Below are positions 16,445 to 20,000 of a stretch of 20,000 nt of DNA, piece after piece; position 1 is the stretch's first letter, and each line of letters opens with the position of its first letter. This stretch comes from an uncultured virus (IMG/VR IMGVR_UViG_3300024301_001491). Taxonomy: Duplodnaviria > Heunggongvirae > Uroviricota > Caudoviricetes. Below the pieces are notes generated by a model. The model saw only the letters and a program-made list of their open reading frames with translations. It was not told the DNA's origin and ran no database searches. Both the position numbers and the translations under genes were made by a program. The stretch is from the IMG/VR virus record IMGVR_UViG_3300024301_001491; one strand, given 5' to 3'.

Positions 16445-17185
16445 TTATCCCAAGAAAAATTCCAATGGAGCAGATTTTGAGATTAGCGTATCTTCTAATT
16501 CTTTAATTTCTTCTATGGCTTCTGCATAGAGTTTATCTCCATCCATCGTAACGCCGCCTGGAAGTTGCAATCCACTAAATTTCTTTATGTTAACTGCCCA
16601 CTGTTTCTTAATAAGCGCTGTGGTATAGTGCTTTAACCATGGATCACCATAAACTGCAGGATAAGTCGCCGGATCAAGAGCTCTATAACTCTCAACTAGA
16701 ACGTATGAATCGACGGGAATATTGTCTCCCCATGATTCGTCGATATACAATCTTCCAGTGTGTCTATTAAATCGGTACAACTGTGAACCGTTCAATGTAT
16801 GATCTAGTAACGCCAAATGACCCATAACCTGTTTATAGTATATAACTGAAACAGAGGTTAAATCATACAAATCATTTAAGCGAAGTTGGTACTGTAAATC
16901 GAATATTGACTTTGATGTACCTGTTCCAGCGGCAATTGGAAATACCTTGGTAACGCCGTAAACATAATCAGGAATAGGAATAGACCGAGCATCAACATCG
17001 TCTTGAGTTACCTGATGCTTTAGATACATTTTCTCAATGCCATCGTAATGATACATTCTCCAATGTTCTATGGCTTCGTCAACGCGGTCTTCCACTTGAG
17101 CGTCATCAATGTTGATTTCAACTACAGGTTCGCCGAGCGCTCTTAAGCAATAATCGATTAATCCATCTCGTGTTGTTACTGCCAT
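16445..17185 (-). CDS. gp13: Neck protein
   Basis: Motifs LIDYCLR.LG.PVVEIN.DD.Q..DR.DEA and WLK.Y.TALIK.QW..N..KF.G.QLPGGVT. Confidence 0.96.
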   Translation of the reverse strand: MAVTTRDGLIDYCLRALGEPVVEINIDDAQVEDRVDEAIEHWRMYHYDGIEKMYLKHQVTQDDVDARSIPIPDYVYGVTKVFPIAAGTGTSKSIFDLQYQLRLNDLYDLTSVSVIYYKQVMGHLALLDHTLNGSQLYRFNRHTGRLYIDESWGDNIPVDSYVLVESYRALDPATYPAVYGDPWLKHYTTALIKKQWAVNIKKFSGLQLPGGVTMDGDKLYAEAIEEIKELEDTLISKSAPLEFFLG

Positions 17186-17211
17186 TTGAATTCCCTATTG
17201 TTCTTATCTTC

Positions 17212-17219
17212 TATTTATA
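17212..17219 (-). promoter_or_regulatory. Late promoter TATAAATA (gp13 operon)
   Basis: Exact consensus 26 nt upstream of the gp13 ATG. Confidence 0.88.
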
Positions 17220-17229
17220 CGTTTCTATT

Positions 17230-17262
17230 TTAACCAGCTTGGAAGATATATGCTTTACCAGA
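17230..17262 (-). pseudogene. Orphan 3' end of an FG-GAP propeller gene (SGKAYIFQAG*)
   Basis: In frame directly after the stop of 17263..18960. 17230-17249 is 19/20 identical to 18981-19000, the 3' end of the upstream propeller gene. Confidence 0.75.
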
Positions 17263-18960
17263 TTAGCCGCCGACAAAGATATAAGCAGCACCAGCATCAC
17301 CAGTGCCATCGGGGTCTTCATATTTTGCACCAACAATTACAGTATCGCCAGATATTGCAACTGATGTACCGAATTCATCACTTGATGCTCTATCCGATGC
17401 TAGAATCTTGATTTGCTGTGTCCATGTAGTGCCATCTCTGGTAAAGATATATGCTGAGCCAGCACTAGTAAGACCGGCAGGGTCTTCAACCGGCGCAGAA
17501 ACAATTACCGTATCAGCCTCTATTGCAACAGAGTACCCAAATAGATCGACTGCTTCTGGATCAGACGCCTGAATCTTAGCTTGTTGTGTCCATGTGGTTC
17601 CTGATCTGGTAAATACATATGCTGAGCCGGCAGCATTAGCACCTGTGTCTTCACCCCAAGCACCAACAATTACCGTATCGCCATCTATTGCTACTGAGTG
17701 ACCGAACTTATCCTCTGCCTGTATATCGGATGATAAAATCTTAGCTTGTTGTGTCCATGTAGTGCCTGATCTGGCAAATATATATGCAGCGCCAGTTTCT
17801 GCATTTTTTCCGAAAGCACCAACAATTACTGTATCGCCGTCTATTGCTGCTGAGCTACCAAAGTAAGCGCTTGTTGATCGATCCGATGCCTGAATCTTTG
17901 CTTGTTGTGTCCATGTAGTGCCTGATCTGGTGAAGATATATGCAGCGCCAGTATTAGTAGCACCAGTGTCTTCACCCATTGCACTAGCAACTATTGTATC
18001 TCCATCTATTGCTACTGAGTAACCAAACCAATCATCTTGTTGTATATCAGTTGATATAAGTTTAGCTTGTTGTGTCCATGTAGTACCAGATCTGGTAAAT
18101 ACATATGCAGCGCCACGGTCGTTAGCACGATAGCCACCAGCAACTAATGTATCGCCCGATATTGCTACTGAGAAACCAACCCATACATTTTGAATCCCTC
18201 CGATATCAGTTGCTGCTAACTTTGCTTGTTGTGTCCATGTAGTACCAGATCTGGTAAATACATATACAGCACCAGCATTAGTACCAGTGGAGTCTTCCTG
18301 ATAAGCACCAACAGCTACCGTATCACCATCTATTGATACTGAGTAGCCAAAGTAATCATTTCCTTCTTTATCAGACGCTTGTATCTTGGCTTGTTGTGTA
18401 GTTAATGTCCAATCTGATCCAAATGTTAATGTAAACGAACTCACTGAAGTATCAATATTAACACCGTCTGATGCTGTGAATGCCAGATCAAATGTTGCTG
18501 GCGCTGTTCCAGGAGTAATTGTGAATACATTATCCACATTAGTAACTGTAATATCTTCTAACGATCCGCTGGTAACTTGATATCCCCAGATAATTGGTGT
18601 TCCTTCAGGGTCTGTCGCCTGAAGTGTAATAACAGTTGGAGTACCATCAGAGTTCAATGCATAAGTTGCATCAGCACCAGCGGTAATAGTAGGTGCTGTG
18701 TTGATAGTAGCGATCTCAAACCAACCACTGCCAGTAAAGATAAACAACTTGTTACCGTCTTGAACAAATGCCTTTGAACCAGCTGCAACATCTGTCAAAG
18801 GAAGACTCTGCACATCAACATATCCTTGAGTTGTCAGTGCATTATCTTCTGGTGCATCCGGAGTTGCAACTGACCAAGAATTGGATGCAGATGAATATTT
18901 AAATGTACGCCCGAACTCTGTATGAAGATCGTCGTTAGATGGGGATGTTGGAAATGCCAT
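17263..18960 (-). CDS. Virion-associated adhesin-like protein: N-terminal anchor motif, cadherin/Ig-like domain and 7-bladed FG-GAP beta-propeller
   Basis: FPTSP...W N-terminal motif, NTAPTIT...ATDPEG...ASDG cadherin-like segment, and seven FGxSVAIDGDTxxVGA...GAAYIF.RSGTTWTQQAKI repeats. Confidence 0.85.
   Translation of the reverse strand: MAFPTSPSNDDLHTEFGRTFKYSSASNSWSVATPDAPEDNALTTQGYVDVQSLPLTDVAAGSKAFVQDGNKLFIFTGSGWFEIATINTAPTITAGADATYALNSDGTPTVITLQATDPEGTPIIWGYQVTSGSLEDITVTNVDNVFTITPGTAPATFDLAFTASDGVNIDTSVSSFTLTFGSDWTLTTQQAKIQASDKEGNDYFGYSVSIDGDTVAVGAYQEDSTGTNAGAVYVFTRSGTTWTQQAKLAATDIGGIQNVWVGFSVAISGDTLVAGGYRANDRGAAYVFTRSGTTWTQQAKLISTDIQQDDWFGYSVAIDGDTIVASAMGEDTGATNTGAAYIFTRSGTTWTQQAKIQASDRSTSAYFGSSAAIDGDTVIVGAFGKNAETGAAYIFARSGTTWTQQAKILSSDIQAEDKFGHSVAIDGDTVIVGAWGEDTGANAAGSAYVFTRSGTTWTQQAKIQASDPEAVDLFGYSVAIEADTVIVSAPVEDPAGLTSAGSAYIFTRDGTTWTQQIKILASDRASSDEFGTSVAISGDTVIVGAKYEDPDGTGDAGAAYIFVGG
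17280..18400 (-). repeat. Intragenic tandem repeats (about 155-180 nt) encoding propeller blades
   Basis: The block gcttgttgtgtccatgt(a/g)gt.cc.gatctgg recurs near 17580, 17745, 17900, 18065 and 18225, with degenerate copies near 17415 and 18390. Confidence 0.9.
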
Positions 18961-18980
18961 TTTATGTTCTTTCTTCTTTA

Positions 18981-20000
18981 TTAACCAGCTTTGAAGATAT
19001 CGACTCTACCCATATCTGATCCTGGACGAGTTAGTCCAGCATAAGCGTAAAATCCTGAGATTGCTACAGTGACTCCGAACCCTTCATTTGCGTTTCCAGT
19101 TGGATTGCCTGTATAAAACAATAGATTACCTGTTGATACTTCAAAAATCCAAATCGCCCCGACATTTTGAGTTCCATTTGAAGCCCTTTCATTGGAACCT
19201 ACGATCATATATTCTCCTGATATGTCAATTGATCTTCCAAAATAATCTGCGAAATATGTCGGTTCAATTAAATTCGGATCTTTTATAGAATATACTAGTG
19301 ATCCTGTATTAGAATTATACACATACACATATCCACAATTATCATCGTATAACCCATCATCTTCATTTGTAGCCGCAACAGCAATATATCCATCCGATAT
19401 TGCAACTGTGTTGCCAAAGTAATCATACCTAAAACTCTCTCCGGAGTTCTGAGGGCTCGGATTATTCAATGTCCAAATTAACGCCCCTGATGAAGCGTTA
19501 AAAACATATACTTTACCTTGATCAAACGCAGTTGTTGAACTGTCTTCATTAGGAGTTCCCACAACAATTTTAGATCCGTCAGTTGCAATTTTTTTGCCAA
19601 ACTGATCGGCTACCTGACTCCCCGCATATGCATTAGGATTTTCAATCGTATACTGAATCGTCCCTGTAGAAGCGCTATAGACATATGCCCGACCTCTTGA
19701 TCCGTTATAGTCCGGTTGACCAATAACTACTACATCGCCTGCAAGAGCTACAGACCACCCGAAGCTAGTTCCGGATGCTGGGTTTTCTATTGTATGAACT
19801 AAAGTAGTATCGGTCCAATCACCGGAGACTGTTTTGAAAATAAACGCTCTACCTGCATTTGTTACACCAGCTTTATCATCTCTTGGACTCCCGACAACAA
19901 GGTAGTTGCCGTCCATAGAAATAACTTCTCCAAACCAATCATTATATGTTCCATCATAGGGACTTGGATTTGGTATAGAGCTTATGAGAGCGCCGGTTGA
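18981..20000 (-). CDS. Second FG-GAP beta-propeller protein, 5' part outside the window
   Basis: The frame stays open from 19916 to 20000 (STGALISSIPNPSPYDGTYNDWFGEVISMDG...). Blades have the form TG.L..TI.NP...FG..VAI.G....VG. Confidence 0.85.
   Translation of the reverse strand, partial: STGALISSIPNPSPYDGTYNDWFGEVISMDGNYLVVGSPRDDKAGVTNAGRAFIFKTVSGDWTDTTLVHTIENPASGTSFGWSVALAGDVVVIGQPDYNGSRGRAYVYSASTGTIQYTIENPNAYAGSQVADQFGKKIATDGSKIVVGTPNEDSSTTAFDQGKVYVFNASSGALIWTLNNPSPQNSGESFRYDYFGNTVAISDGYIAVAATNEDDGLYDDNCGYVYVYNSNTGSLVYSIKDPNLIEPTYFADYFGRSIDISGEYMIVGSNERASNGTQNVGAIWIFEVSTGNLLFYTGNPTGNANEGFGVTVAISGFYAYAGLTRPGSDMGRVDIFKAG

Noticed and set aside
17280..18400. Regularly spaced DNA repeats as a CRISPR array or DGR template/variable pair
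   Set aside because: The period is about 155-180 nt and in frame with protein blades. The differences include indels and are not evidently adenine-specific. No cas or reverse transcriptase gene is in the window.
13..19288. Numerous plus-strand and nested ORFs of 60-110 aa in the ORF track
   Set aside because: They lie antisense or out of frame within well-recognised genes, lack recognisable motifs, and look like codon-bias shadows.
19914..19916. ATG 19916 as the start of the last gene
   Set aside because: The frame is open to the window edge and continues the blade pattern, so this Met is internal.
1..20000. Alternative genetic code or stop-codon reassignment
   Set aside because: All core genes translate full length with the standard bacterial code.

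Overview
The window is a core virion-morphogenesis block of a T4-like (Tevenvirinae/Kyanoviridae-type gene order) tailed phage. All real genes are on the minus strand. In transcription order (right to left) they are: two FG-GAP beta-propeller virion proteins, gp13, gp14, an extra gp9/gp10-N-domain fibre-like gene, gp15, gp17, gp18, gp19, gp20, gp67-like, two hypothetical head-region genes, gp21, gp22, gp23, gp3, uvsY, uvsW, a hypothetical, gp55 and the start of gp47. TATAAATA late promoters and a UUCG-loop terminator are visible. Features the annotation does not explain: (1) an orphan in-frame propeller C-terminus after the stop of the 565-aa FG-GAP gene, forming a direct repeat with the 3' end of the upstream propeller gene and so bracketing that gene as a cassette; (2) a 31-bp palindrome-containing direct repeat (29/31) bracketing the 10.85-kb gp17-gp3 block, one copy lying where the missing small terminase gene gp16 normally sits; (3) a gp14 neck protein with an acidic repeated C-terminal extension next to a gp9-like fibre gene, suggesting a neck-anchored fibre; (4) a major capsid protein with almost no insertion domain. 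All family calls are by motif recognition and synteny; no searches were run.
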